Positions 42,380 to 52,073 of a stretch of 64,000 bases of DNA are shown one piece after another. The number at the start of each line of letters is the position of its first letter. Position 1 is the stretch's first letter. The translations under genes and the position numbers were made by a program. This stretch comes from an uncultured delta proteobacterium (GTDB taxonomy: Bacteria > Myxococcota_A > Polyangia > Polyangiales > Houyiibacteriaceae): positions 330,425 through 394,424 of the forward strand of contig CAWFPD010000004.1 in assembly GCA_963817725.1 (NCBI GenBank), written 5' to 3'. The notes beneath the pieces were generated by a model. It was given only the letters and a program-made list of their open reading frames with translations. It was not told where the DNA came from and did not search any database.

Positions 42380-42850
42380 TCAGCCGTCGATCACAGTCGC
42401 GACCTGCTCACTGCGGCCGCGCGCACGTCCATCACGGACCCGCATGAAGATCTGATAGCCCCCGACCCCGGCCAGCATGGCAAACCCGAAGATCAATGCC
42501 TCGTGAGAGCCCGCCCCGACCGAGGTGAGCGCGGGACCCGGACAATAGCCGCCGAGGCCCCAACCGACGCCGAAGATTCCGGAGCCCACGATCAGCCGCC
42601 CGTCGATGTCCTTGCGCGTGGGAAGCGAAAACGACGGCGCCCAAATCGGCCGTTGCCACGTTCGAATCGCCCATCGATAGACCGGAGTGTAGACCAGGAG
42701 CGCGCCGCCCATCACGAATGCAAGGCTCGGGTCCCAGCTGCCGAAGAAATCGAAAAAGCCGACGACCTTGGCAGGTTGGGTCATCCCGCCGATGGCGAGA
42801 CCAATGCCGAACACCGTACCGCCCAGGAACGCGCCGATCCGGATCTTCAT
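42380..42850 (-). CDS. YeeE/YedE-family sulfur-compound transporter half (DUF395-type), second gene of the pair
   Basis: Sequence MKIRIGAFLGGTVFGIGLAIGGMTQP...GVGWGLGGYCPGPAL. The ATG overlaps the upstream stop (42847-42850). Confidence 0.75.
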   Translation of the reverse strand: MKIRIGAFLGGTVFGIGLAIGGMTQPAKVVGFFDFFGSWDPSLAFVMGGALLVYTPVYRWAIRTWQRPIWAPSFSLPTRKDIDGRLIVGSGIFGVGWGLGGYCPGPALTSVGAGSHEALIFGFAMLAGVGGYQIFMRVRDGRARGRSEQVATVIDG

Positions 42851-43281
42851 ATCGAGCCTCCGAGCAGCTCGTTCACGATGAACACGGTGACGGCCGCGGT
42901 CGCCATGAAAGACACGGTAGCGACCATGGAGCGTTTGGAGAGACGCCCGATGCCGCACACCCCGTGACCGCTCGTGCATCCGCTTCCGAGCTGCGTGCCG
43001 ATGCCGACGGCCAAGCCGGCGATGATCAACGCCAGCGTCGATCGATCGATTGCAACCTGGTAGTCCATGGGCCGAAAGAAGTGCCAAACGAGCCCGGCGG
43101 TGAAGAGGCCGACCAGGAACATGACCCGCCATTCCGTGTCGCCCGCCTCCCGACGCCGGAAGATGCCGCCTGCGATACCGCTGATACCGGCGATCCGGCC
43201 GTGGAACAGGAGCAGACCGGCGGCTGCGATCCCGATCAGCACGCCGCCAATCGAAGACGCGATGGGTGTGAAGGATTCCAT
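42847..43281 (-). CDS. YeeE/YedE-family sulfur-compound transporter half, first gene of the pair
   Basis: Sequence IGGVLIGIAAAGLLLFHGRIAGISG...GTQLGSGCTSGHGVCG. Confidence 0.75.
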   Translation of the reverse strand: MESFTPIASSIGGVLIGIAAAGLLLFHGRIAGISGIAGGIFRRREAGDTEWRVMFLVGLFTAGLVWHFFRPMDYQVAIDRSTLALIIAGLAVGIGTQLGSGCTSGHGVCGIGRLSKRSMVATVSFMATAAVTVFIVNELLGGSI

Positions 43282-43303
43282 GGCCCATTCAAAGCAGCAC
43301 CGG

Positions 43304-43341
43304 CCGCAAACTGCCAGCGCTTTCTACCAGTGGGTTTGCGG
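43304..43341. promoter_or_regulatory. Inverted repeat in the divergent promoter region of the sulfur cluster
   Basis: CCGCAAAC (43304-43311) and GTTTGCGG (43334-43341) are perfect 8-bp arms separated by a 22-nt spacer. Confidence 0.35.
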
Positions 43342-43414
43342 ATGGGCCCGAGTCCTGTTAATTCGCTAACTTAGGCCGGCAAAACCGGCGCCCAAAGACC
43401 GCTGGAGGCGACCG

Positions 43415-44464
43415 ATGTTACTGCGTCAACTCTTCGATTACGAAACATGGACCTATACGTACCTGCTCGCTGACGAAGAAACCGGCGAGGCGGTATTGAT
43501 CGACCCCGTCATCGATCAGGTCGAGCGCGACATCAAGCTTCTCGACGAGCTCGGGCTCAAGCTCGTGTACACCCTCGACACCCACGCGCACGCCGACCAC
43601 ATCACGGGCTCCGGGCTCTTGCGAAAGCGCCTGGGAAGCAAAGCCGTGGTGAGCGCCAAGGTGGGAGCGGAGGGCGTCGACGTAGCGGTCCAAGACGGGG
43701 ACAGGCTGAAGTTCGGCTCGGTCGAGCTCGAGGTTCGCGCGACGCCCGGCCACACCGACGGTTGCGTCACGTATGTCACTGGGGATCACAAGCACGCGTT
43801 TACTGGCGATGCGCTCTTCATTCGCGGTACGGGTCGAACGGATTTTCAGCAAGGGAGCGCGCAGACGCTCTATCGCTCGATCCACGACAAGCTCTTCACG
43901 CTGCCTGACGACACGATCATCTGGCCGGGGCACGACTACAAAGGGATGACGTTCACCACCGTGGGCGAAGAGAAGCAGCACAACCCTCGCGTCGGCGACG
44001 GGAAGACCGAGCCGGAGTTCGTCGAGATCATGGAGAACCTCCACTTGCCTGCTCCGAAGAAAATCGCCGTGGCAGTGCCCGCCAACCTACACTGTGGAAT
44101 CGTGCCCCCCACCTCGATGTCCGGCGAGCCTCTTCCCGAGCGAGGCTGGGCTGCGATCGAGCGAAGCCCCGAAGGTATCCCCGAGGTCACGACCGATTGG
44201 GTCGAAGACAACATGGGCGCAATTCGCATGGTCGACGTTCGAGAGTTCGACGAAGCCGAAGCGGACGGCATGATCAACGGGGTCGAGGTCGTCCCCATGG
44301 GGACGGTGGATCGAGCCTCGAAGGGCTGGGACAAGGAAGAGCCGGTCATCACGATTTGCCGCTCCGGCCGGCGGTCGGGGCGTGTCGCGCTCGAGCTCGA
44401 GAAGCTCGGATTCAAACGCATCGCGTCGATGCGTGGCGGCATGGTTGCCTGGAACAACCGCTAG
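43415..44464 (+). CDS. Persulfide dioxygenase (ETHE1-like MBL fold) fused to a C-terminal rhodanese domain
   Basis: MBL motif TLDTHAHADHITG and ETHE1-like LRQLFDYETWTYTYLL. The rhodanese active-site loop is ICRSGRRS. Confidence 0.8.
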   Translation: MLLRQLFDYETWTYTYLLADEETGEAVLIDPVIDQVERDIKLLDELGLKLVYTLDTHAHADHITGSGLLRKRLGSKAVVSAKVGAEGVDVAVQDGDRLKFGSVELEVRATPGHTDGCVTYVTGDHKHAFTGDALFIRGTGRTDFQQGSAQTLYRSIHDKLFTLPDDTIIWPGHDYKGMTFTTVGEEKQHNPRVGDGKTEPEFVEIMENLHLPAPKKIAVAVPANLHCGIVPPTSMSGEPLPERGWAAIERSPEGIPEVTTDWVEDNMGAIRMVDVREFDEAEADGMINGVEVVPMGTVDRASKGWDKEEPVITICRSGRRSGRVALELEKLGFKRIASMRGGMVAWNNR

Positions 44465-45114
44465 CGTAGGCGATTGGCCGTGACGGGCACCGCCTTCCAC
44501 CTGGCCAAGTCGTCTGGCTGCGCGGGATCCTCGCCACGTAGATAGCGCTCGAGGTGCTCGAAGCTGTCCGTACCCCAAAACAGCTCGCCCTCCACGATCA
44601 TCGTGGGCACGCCAAACACACCGAGCTCGATCGCTTCGCGGCTTGCATCATGCAGGCACTGCTTGACGGAAGGGTCCTGAATTCGTTCGAGCGCATCGGG
44701 GACGCCCGCGTCGGTGCAGATGCGCGCCACCACTTCTGGAGAGCCGACATCGAGGCCCTCCGCCCACGTCGCGGCAAACAAGCGGGTCACGAGATTTTGG
44801 CGTGTGCCGTCGTCCATCTCGAGGAGCGTGGCCCGTAGCGACGCCAATGGATTGAAGGGGTGCGAACACGGAGGCGAAAAAGGAATACCCCAAGCGGCCG
44901 CGGCTCGAAGACAGTCCTTGAACATGTAGATCCGCTTCGATGGAATCTCACCGGGACCTCTGTGGCCCCAATGATTGAGCAATGCGGCCAACAGCGTGGG
45001 CTTGAGATCGACGCGAAGATCGTGACGGCGCGCCACGTCACCCAAGCGTTGCCACGCCAGGTAGCTGTAGGGTGAGATGTAGTCGAAATGGAATTGAAGG
45101 CGCCGCATCGGCAT
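44461..45114 (-). CDS. 2-hydroxychromene-2-carboxylate isomerase / DsbA-like thioredoxin-fold protein
   Basis: Sequence LQFHFDYISPYSYLAWQRL...GVFGVPTMIVEGELFWGTD. Confidence 0.75.
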   Translation of the reverse strand: MPMRRLQFHFDYISPYSYLAWQRLGDVARRHDLRVDLKPTLLAALLNHWGHRGPGEIPSKRIYMFKDCLRAAAAWGIPFSPPCSHPFNPLASLRATLLEMDDGTRQNLVTRLFAATWAEGLDVGSPEVVARICTDAGVPDALERIQDPSVKQCLHDASREAIELGVFGVPTMIVEGELFWGTDSFEHLERYLRGEDPAQPDDLARWKAVPVTANRLR

Positions 45115-45177
45115 TTCCTTGCCGCATACCGACGATGGCGATGGAGCACAAGCGGAAACGAATGCTAGCCTGCGCCC

Positions 45178-45909
45178 GTGTTCGAGATGACCACCGTAGT
45201 CGTGCTGGTCCTGGCGTGCTTCGTCACGGCCACCATCTCCGGCATTCTCGGAATGGCCGGCGGCGTGACTCTACTCGGGGTGATGGCGGCGCTGCTCCCC
45301 GCCGCCATCGTGGTCCCGATTCACGGGGTGGTGCAGCTCGCCTCGAATTGGACGCGGACGTGGGCCTTTCGGCGTCATGTCCGGTGGGCGATTTTCTTTG
45401 CCTTCATGGTTCCCGCGATCGCCGGCGTGGCGCTCGCAGCCCACATCTGGGCCGACCTGAAGCTGACCTGGTTTCGAGCATGGATCGGCGGGTTCATCCT
45501 GTTCTTCCTCGTATGGCGCCGGTACAAGCCCACGCTCCGCAATCCGCCGATGTGGGCTTATGCGGTCTTGGGCTTCGCTGCCGGCATGCTCGGGATCTTC
45601 GCCGGCGCCACAGGACCGCTTTTGGCGCCGTTCTTTCTCAGAGATGACTTCGACAACGAGGAGGTCATCGCCACCAAGGCGGTCTGTCAGACCTGGATCC
45701 ATCTTCTCAAGATCCCGGCGTTCCTCGCCCTCAGCTTCGACTACACCCCGTACGCTCCACTGCTCGGGGCGTTGGTGGCGGCCGTCATCGGGGGCACGTA
45801 CTTCGGTAAGCACTTATTGAGCATGATCTCGAAAGAGCGCTTCATATTCTGGTTTCAGCTCGTCCTGGTCCTCCTGGCTCTGTACCTGATCCTTTCCGCC
45901 ATCGTGTGA
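45178..45909 (+). CDS. TauE/SafE-family sulfite/anion exporter
   Basis: Polytopic, with ISGILGMAGGVTLLGVM. GTG start; an alternative ATG is at 45187. Confidence 0.75.
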   Translation: MFEMTTVVVLVLACFVTATISGILGMAGGVTLLGVMAALLPAAIVVPIHGVVQLASNWTRTWAFRRHVRWAIFFAFMVPAIAGVALAAHIWADLKLTWFRAWIGGFILFFLVWRRYKPTLRNPPMWAYAVLGFAAGMLGIFAGATGPLLAPFFLRDDFDNEEVIATKAVCQTWIHLLKIPAFLALSFDYTPYAPLLGALVAAVIGGTYFGKHLLSMISKERFIFWFQLVLVLLALYLILSAIV

Positions 45910-45980
45910 GACGAGGGTCGCAACTCGGCGCGGGGCCCGGTGGCACCTGGCCGGGATACGACTACAACTCGAGAGGGGGA

Positions 45981-46730
45981 ATGAATCTCGAGGGACGAAC
46001 GGTCTTGTTGACGGGTGGGGGCACCGGCATCGGACGCGCTCTCGCAATGGAGCTCGCAGACAAGGGCAACGTGGTTTTGATCTGCGGACGCCGACTCGAA
46101 CCCCTCGAAGAAACCGCATCCGCGTCCCCGCAAATTCATCCATACCGATGCGATTTGACCCGCTCCGAGGACATCCAACGGATGATCGACCGCATCGGCC
46201 GTGATGGTCATCGCGTCGATACGCTGATCAGCAATGCGGCGATTCTCGGCTTCGATTCTTTGGCAGGGGGCCTCGACTTGAACCAAGCGAAGCAGATCAT
46301 CGACGCCAATCTATTCGGCCCGATTGAGCTCACGCAGCGCATGCTCGACGATCTGCGACGAGCACAAGACCCGACGATCATCATCGTGGGTTCCGCGGCT
46401 GGGCTCGGACCGCTTGCGGATACACCGATCTACAGCAGCAGCAAGGCCGGGCTGCACGCCTACACGCTCTGCCTTCGCCATCATCTCGACGGCGAAATCC
46501 GCGTGATCGAAGTCTTCCCACCGACCGTCGACACGCCGATGTTGGCCGACAAGAAGTGGAAGATGATGAGCGCCGAGGAGTGCGCGCGACGCATGGTGCG
46601 CGGCATCGAGCGCGGTCAGGAACAAGTCTGGATCGGTGAAAGCCGCTTGTTTCGTTTTTTGCAGTTGGTGCTGCCTCCGGGCCGTTTGTTTCGGGTCGTC
46701 AACGATTGGTCCCCGCCAGAACGCGAGTAG
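45981..46730 (+). CDS. Short-chain dehydrogenase/reductase
   Basis: Motifs GRTVLLTGGGTGIGRALA, NAA and YSSSKAGLH. Confidence 0.8.
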   Translation: MNLEGRTVLLTGGGTGIGRALAMELADKGNVVLICGRRLEPLEETASASPQIHPYRCDLTRSEDIQRMIDRIGRDGHRVDTLISNAAILGFDSLAGGLDLNQAKQIIDANLFGPIELTQRMLDDLRRAQDPTIIIVGSAAGLGPLADTPIYSSSKAGLHAYTLCLRHHLDGEIRVIEVFPPTVDTPMLADKKWKMMSAEECARRMVRGIERGQEQVWIGESRLFRFLQLVLPPGRLFRVVNDWSPPERE

Positions 46731-46736
46731 GCTTGC

Positions 46737-47954
46737 TCACGAACGCTTTGGTTTGAGGAGGCTGGCGCTCTCCTCGACCAACGCAGCCAGCACCGCACTG
46801 AGCCCCCCAAACCGCAGCGTCGGGCTCTTGCCCTTGGCGAGGAGCCCCATCTGCGCCACGCTCATCATCGCTTGCGAAGCCCCGCCCAGACGTCCGAGAC
46901 CCGGCATCGTGGGAGGGTCGGCGGCTCGCACGGCTCGTCCCTCGAGTAAGTCGCGAGCGACGTGCGGATTGTTGGTGAAGGGCCGTGCCATGCCGATGAC
47001 GTCGAGCGCACCGTTCGCAAGCGCTCTTTCCATGGCGGCGCGTTCCCGGAAGCCACCCGTGACCATGAGAGGGATGTCCACCTCGGCCCGCGCCTTCTTC
47101 GCGTAGTCCAAAAAGAACGCGTCCCGATGTGTGTCCGGCCGGTTCAACATCACCCGTGACTCGTAGCTGCCACCCGAGATCTCGACCAGGTCGACACCAT
47201 CTTCCTGCAGCATTCCGAGGACACGCATCGAGTCGCTTTCGGTGAAGCCACCTCGCTGAAAGTCGGCAGAGTTGAGCTTGATGCCGATCGGAAAGTCAGC
47301 TCCTACCGCCCTACGAATCTCCCCAAGAACGCTACGTGCGAAACGCGCGCGATTTTCGAGCGAACCGCCCCATCGGTCGGTCCGCCGATTGGTGAGCGGC
47401 GAGAGGAACTGGCTCACGAGGTAGCCGTGGGCTCCATGCACCTGCACGCCGGTGAATCCCGCGGCCTTGGCAAACGACGCGGCGCTCGCAAAGCTACGGA
47501 TCGCTGCTCCGATCTCGGCTTCGTCCATGGCGTGAGGTCTCCCGAATGCCTTCGCACGCCGAAATAGATTCACCGGTTCGATGGCAGACGGGGCAGCGGG
47601 ACTGGGGTTGATGTGCCGCGGCGTCTGCCGACCCGGATGATTGAGCTGCATCCACAGGTGATTGCCATGGCTCGTTCCTGCCGCGGCCCAGTCGACGAAT
47701 CGATCGATGCTCGAGTCCGTCCCGATGGCGACGTTGCGGACAGCCTCGAGGTGGCCCTTGTCGATCATCACGTTCCCCGTGATGAGCAGCCCTGCCCCAC
47801 CGGCGGACCAAGCTTCATAGAGCCGGGCCAGCCCTCTGGTAGGCGACTGCTTTGGCGAGCCCAGATGCTCGCTCATCGCCGCTTTGGCGACTCGGTTGGA
47901 AAGGATCGCCCCACAGGGCAGGGTCAACGGATCACTCAGCCTGGCTGCGCTCAT
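46737..47954 (-). CDS. NADH:flavin oxidoreductase (Old Yellow Enzyme family)
   Basis: Motifs LSNRVAKAAMSE, LWMQLNHPGRQ and HGAHGYLVSQFLSPLTNRRTDRWGGSLENRARF. The start is placed at MSAARLSDP. Confidence 0.8.
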   Translation of the reverse strand: MSAARLSDPLTLPCGAILSNRVAKAAMSEHLGSPKQSPTRGLARLYEAWSAGGAGLLITGNVMIDKGHLEAVRNVAIGTDSSIDRFVDWAAAGTSHGNHLWMQLNHPGRQTPRHINPSPAAPSAIEPVNLFRRAKAFGRPHAMDEAEIGAAIRSFASAASFAKAAGFTGVQVHGAHGYLVSQFLSPLTNRRTDRWGGSLENRARFARSVLGEIRRAVGADFPIGIKLNSADFQRGGFTESDSMRVLGMLQEDGVDLVEISGGSYESRVMLNRPDTHRDAFFLDYAKKARAEVDIPLMVTGGFRERAAMERALANGALDVIGMARPFTNNPHVARDLLEGRAVRAADPPTMPGLGRLGGASQAMMSVAQMGLLAKGKSPTLRFGGLSAVLAALVEESASLLKPKRS

Positions 47955-48050
47955 TTTCTGCCGGATCGATGACGTCAGGGCTCGACCGCCGCGACGGAAT
48001 GACGTAGATGACAGAGCCGCGCGGCGAGTCAAACGCGTACGAGAGCAGGC

Positions 48051-49127
48051 ATGGGTTTCGAGGACGACGAGAGGGATCTCGACGAGACTGCAGAGCAGCT
48101 GATTCGCTGGCTGGCCCCCAAGCTTTCCCTGTCCTCGCAGGACATCCGCATCGAAGATCTGGAAGCTCCACTAGGCACCGGCTTTTCGAGCGACACCCTC
48201 CTCTTCGACCTCGTTCATGCGCATGAGGGACAAGAGCGTCGCCAATCGTTGGTCGCGCGGCTGGAGCCAACCGAGTACATCGTCTTTCCGAGCTACGACA
48301 TTGCCCTTCAATGTCGCGTCCTCCAACTGCTCGAAGATACCGACGTTCCGGTACCTCGGGTGCGATGGTTCGAACCCGATCCCGCCGTGGTCGGGGTTCC
48401 CTTCTACCTGATGGATCGCATTTCGGGACAAATCCCGAGCGACAACCCACCGATGTACGACGAGGGGTGGATCGCCGACGAGCTCTCCGCAACGGAACGG
48501 GAAAAGGTCTGGTGGAGCGGGCTCGAAGCGATGTGCAAAGTGCACCGCCTCGATTGGAAGAAGCTTGGTTTCGAATTCCTGCTCGAGCCAGAGCGCGGAG
48601 CCACGCCGCTCGAGCAGCAGCTGCACTACTATCGGGAGTATTTCGATTGGGGCATGCCTCGGGACCGCCATCGGGACATCGTGCAGGGGCTCGACTACCT
48701 GGAGGCCAACAAGCCTGCCGAAGATCAGAACCGCCTCTGCTGGGGTGACTCGAGGTTGGCGAATCAAATCTTCGACGATCTCGAGTGTGTTGCGGTTCTC
48801 GACTGGGAGATGGTCCGCATCGGCGACCCCGTGCAGGATCTCGCCTGGTGGTTGGCTTCCGACCGTTGCTTTTCGGAGGGCCTCGAGCTCGAACGACTGC
48901 CTGGGATGCCAAGCCACGAGGCCACGGTCGCACGCTGGCGCGAGTCCACGGGCTTGAGCACCGCCAACTTGAGCTATTACTCGATTCTCGCCCTCACCCG
49001 CTTCTCCATGCAGATGGCCCGCATCGCACAGCACATGAAGAAGCTCGAAATCATCGATGAAGACAACGAATTCGACTACGAAAACCTCGCCTCTATCACG
49101 TTGCGACGCGCACTATCGGAGCTTTGA
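48051..49127 (+). CDS. Aminoglycoside-phosphotransferase-fold (APH/ChoK-like) kinase family protein
   Basis: Has GTGFSSDTLLF, and LCWGDSRLANQIF in place of the HGD catalytic loop, then VLDWEMVRIGDP. Confidence 0.7.
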   Translation: MGFEDDERDLDETAEQLIRWLAPKLSLSSQDIRIEDLEAPLGTGFSSDTLLFDLVHAHEGQERRQSLVARLEPTEYIVFPSYDIALQCRVLQLLEDTDVPVPRVRWFEPDPAVVGVPFYLMDRISGQIPSDNPPMYDEGWIADELSATEREKVWWSGLEAMCKVHRLDWKKLGFEFLLEPERGATPLEQQLHYYREYFDWGMPRDRHRDIVQGLDYLEANKPAEDQNRLCWGDSRLANQIFDDLECVAVLDWEMVRIGDPVQDLAWWLASDRCFSEGLELERLPGMPSHEATVARWRESTGLSTANLSYYSILALTRFSMQMARIAQHMKKLEIIDEDNEFDYENLASITLRRALSEL

Positions 49128-49129
49128 AC

Positions 49130-50242
49130 ATGGGTCCACTCGACGAAATACGAATCATCGAAATTGAAGGAATCGGTCCCTGCCCTTTCGCCGGAATGCT
49201 ACTGGCCGACCTCGGCGCCGAGGTGATTCGAGTCGGCCGCCCCGAGCCGTCTTTTCTGCAGGCGAGCTTCGACGTCATGAGCCGCGGCAAGAAGAGCATC
49301 ACGCTCGATCTCAAGAAACCCGAGGGCAAGCAAGCGCTGCTCAAGGTGATCGAAACCGCGGATGCCCTCATCGAGGGATTTCGGCCCGGCGTCATGGAAC
49401 GCCTGGGCATCGGGCCTGAGGCGTGCATGGAAGTCAACCCGCGCCTGGTGTTCGGACGCATGACCGGCTGGGGTCAACAAGGGCCGCTGGCGCCGCGCGC
49501 CGGACACGACATCAACTACATCGCGCTGGCAGGCGCGCTTCATGCGATCGGCCGCAAAGGTGAGCGACCCACCGTGCCTCTCAACTTGGTCGGCGATTTC
49601 GGTGGTGGTGGGTTGCTGTTGGCCTTCGGCGTTCTTGCGGCGCTTCTCGAAACCCAGAAGTCAGGGAAGGGACAGGTCGTCGATGCCGCGATGGTGGACG
49701 GTGTCGCGGCGCTCATGGCCAGTGTGTATGCGGGCATGCAGCAGGGTTTTTGGTCGGACAAGCGCGGAGAAAACCTGCTCGATTCCGGAGCCGCGTTTTA
49801 CGACGTGTACGAAACCAGCGATGGCAAGTACGTGTCCATCGGGTCGCTCGAGCCGCAGTTCTACAAAGAGCTGCTCGACAGGCTCGGCCTACAAGGCAAG
49901 GCACCGGGGCCAGGTGAGCACCTGAACCCCGCAAAATGGAATGAGCTACGCCCCGCGCTCGAAGAGCTCTTCCGCCAGAAGACACGCGAACAATGGTGCG
50001 AAGTCTTCGAGGGCAGCGATGCCTGCTTTGCACCGGTGTTGTCGGCCGCAGAGGTGTTCGAGCACGAGCACCACGTCGCGCGGGGCTCGTTTTTCGATCT
50101 CGACGGCGTCAAACACGCGGTTCCGGCGCCCCGCTTTTCGAGAACGAAACCACCCCATCCCAAACCAGCCAAAGAACGCGGCGCCGACACGGAAGCCATT
50201 CTGCGGGAATGCGGAGTGGCCGTTCCCTCCGAGACAAAATGA
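49130..50242 (+). CDS. Family III CoA-transferase (CaiB/BaiF; alpha-methylacyl-CoA racemase-like)
   Basis: Sequence IRIIEIEGIGPCPFAGMLLADLGAEVIRVGRP...DLKKPEG...ADALIEGFRPGVMERLG. Confidence 0.8.
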   Translation: MGPLDEIRIIEIEGIGPCPFAGMLLADLGAEVIRVGRPEPSFLQASFDVMSRGKKSITLDLKKPEGKQALLKVIETADALIEGFRPGVMERLGIGPEACMEVNPRLVFGRMTGWGQQGPLAPRAGHDINYIALAGALHAIGRKGERPTVPLNLVGDFGGGGLLLAFGVLAALLETQKSGKGQVVDAAMVDGVAALMASVYAGMQQGFWSDKRGENLLDSGAAFYDVYETSDGKYVSIGSLEPQFYKELLDRLGLQGKAPGPGEHLNPAKWNELRPALEELFRQKTREQWCEVFEGSDACFAPVLSAAEVFEHEHHVARGSFFDLDGVKHAVPAPRFSRTKPPHPKPAKERGADTEAILRECGVAVPSETK

Positions 50243-50243
50243 C

Positions 50244-51374
50244 ATGATTACCGACTTCGACGACTACCTGATCCATCAGGTACCGCTCCCCATCAACCAA
50301 ACCGGGATCGTCAACCGCAACGCGTACGACCGCTATTGGTTCAACGGACTCGACAAGTCGGGCGCGTTCCTCTTCGAGATCGGATTCGGACGTTATCCAA
50401 ACCGTTTCGTTCAGGACGGGCATTTCAGCGTCTCGGTGGATGGGGTGCAGCACTCGTTCCATGCCTCCCGACGAATCGCAGACAATCCGATTGACTCGAG
50501 CGCGGGCCCCCTGCGGATCGAGGTCGTGAAGCCGATGCGCATCGTCCGCGTAGTCATCGAACCCAACGACACGGACGTCGAATGCCACCTGACCTTCCAC
50601 GCCAAAGCGCCGCCCATCCAAGAGCCCAAAAACGTAATGTATGACGGTAACCGCCTCATCATGGACGCCCAGCGGTTTACGCAATACGGGACGTGGGAAG
50701 GGTTCTTTTCGATCCGGGGCCGCCGATTCGAGGTCGAGCGAAGCCAGGTTCTCGGAACCCGGGACAAGTCCTGGGGTATGCGTCCGGTGGGTGAGTACGA
50801 GGAGGGGGCCCCGAGCCGTTTGACCACTGACCCCGCGGTCTATTGGATCTGGTCACCGATCCATTTCGAAGGATTCTGCACACACTTTCTCACCCGGGAG
50901 ATGCCGGATGGTCATCCGCAAGAGCTTTCGGCGTCGATCGTGAAGACATTTGGCGACGATGAGGAAGTCCCTGACACCGCCCTCGAGGCCGACCAAGAGA
51001 CCATGTCGAGCGCACGTCACGAGATCCGATGGTTGAGCGGAACCCGATGGCCCAAGAACGCCGAGCTTCACTTCGAAGCCCGCGATGGCACCAAATACGA
51101 CCTCGAGCTCGAGCCCCTGCTCCGATTCCAGATGATGGGCATCGGGTATCAGCATCCCGAGTGGGGACACGCGGTGTGGCGCGACGAGCTCGATACCGGC
51201 TACGAAAGCTGGAAGCTCGATGAGGTCGAGCCGGACGAGTTTTGCACCATCCACGTCCACAACATCGTTCGCGCCAAGATGGGCGGACGGCACGGGATTG
51301 GGATCCTGGAGACCCTGGTGTTCGGAAGGCACCTGCCGAGCGGGTTTCAGGATCTGTTCGACGGAGCCCCGTAA
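50244..51374 (+). CDS. Conserved hypothetical protein
   Basis: The ATG lies 1 nt after the upstream stop. The ORF is long and uninterrupted, with no diagnostic motif recognised. Confidence 0.5.
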   Translation: MITDFDDYLIHQVPLPINQTGIVNRNAYDRYWFNGLDKSGAFLFEIGFGRYPNRFVQDGHFSVSVDGVQHSFHASRRIADNPIDSSAGPLRIEVVKPMRIVRVVIEPNDTDVECHLTFHAKAPPIQEPKNVMYDGNRLIMDAQRFTQYGTWEGFFSIRGRRFEVERSQVLGTRDKSWGMRPVGEYEEGAPSRLTTDPAVYWIWSPIHFEGFCTHFLTREMPDGHPQELSASIVKTFGDDEEVPDTALEADQETMSSARHEIRWLSGTRWPKNAELHFEARDGTKYDLELEPLLRFQMMGIGYQHPEWGHAVWRDELDTGYESWKLDEVEPDEFCTIHVHNIVRAKMGGRHGIGILETLVFGRHLPSGFQDLFDGAP

Positions 51375-51409
51375 AACGGCGCTTTGCACGGTCACGGGGC
51401 TTGGGCTCC

Positions 51410-52066
51410 TCAGAAGGAGTAGCCGGCGCCGACCGAGATGATGGGGAACGCGTCGGGATAGTAAGCGTTCCTGAAGACCGCGAACTTCAGGGAGGTCGCG
51501 ACGAATGCGCCCCGCCCCACCCCCAAGAGAAAACCACCGCCGAGCAGCAGGTTTCCGTAGTTCGTCCTTCCCGAACGAAAGTCACCTTGGCGAAAGCCCG
51601 CGTTGATGATCTCGCCCTCGACCAAGAAGAACAGCATCTGGATCGGGTAAAGCCGCACGAATAGCGACCCACCGTAGGTATTCCACTTCACCTCTGGAAC
51701 CGCGACGCTGTCCTTGGTGAACTCGTAGCGGAAGGCGACTCCCGGCTCGACGATCCGCTTGAAGATATACGACACCTGCGGCGAAACGCCGACGGAGACG
51801 AATCCGGTGGCGAAGCCAAATCCGAGACCTCCACCGACGCGAAGATGGCCGGGCGGCTCTTTGCGGGACGGGGGCTTGCCGGGCTCGGCCGGTGGCGGTT
51901 CCGACTCCAATGGCACCGGTTCGGGGGGTGACGCCGCCGGCTCCGAGGGAGGCTCGGTGATGACCTCGACCCCGGGCTCCTCCTGGGCAGCCGCATGGTG
52001 TTCCGCGTCCAACGAGAGCGCTCCCCCCACGACCACGAGCGCTCCAAGCCAACGAAGGCAAGGCAC
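51410..52066 (-). CDS. Small predicted outer-membrane beta-barrel protein with a Pro/Glu-rich N-terminal linker
   Basis: Has a signal peptide, a PEP-rich linker and alternating beta-strand-like segments. It ends in GAGYSF. Confidence 0.5.
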   Translation of the reverse strand: MPCLRWLGALVVVGGALSLDAEHHAAAQEEPGVEVITEPPSEPAASPPEPVPLESEPPPAEPGKPPSRKEPPGHLRVGGGLGFGFATGFVSVGVSPQVSYIFKRIVEPGVAFRYEFTKDSVAVPEVKWNTYGGSLFVRLYPIQMLFFLVEGEIINAGFRQGDFRSGRTNYGNLLLGGGFLLGVGRGAFVATSLKFAVFRNAYYPDAFPIISVGAGYSF

Positions 52067-52073
52067 CCCTTCT

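Noticed and set aside
42156-42455. Plus-strand ORF reading the hexamer repeat as DSDSDSCTDADTGAGADTGTGAD, with the analogous stretch in ORF 31785-32576
   Set aside because: Both ORFs mostly overlap well-supported genes. They lack an RBS or start at a sensible position. The repeat sits exactly between two converging stop codons, so it is treated as a non-coding repeat.
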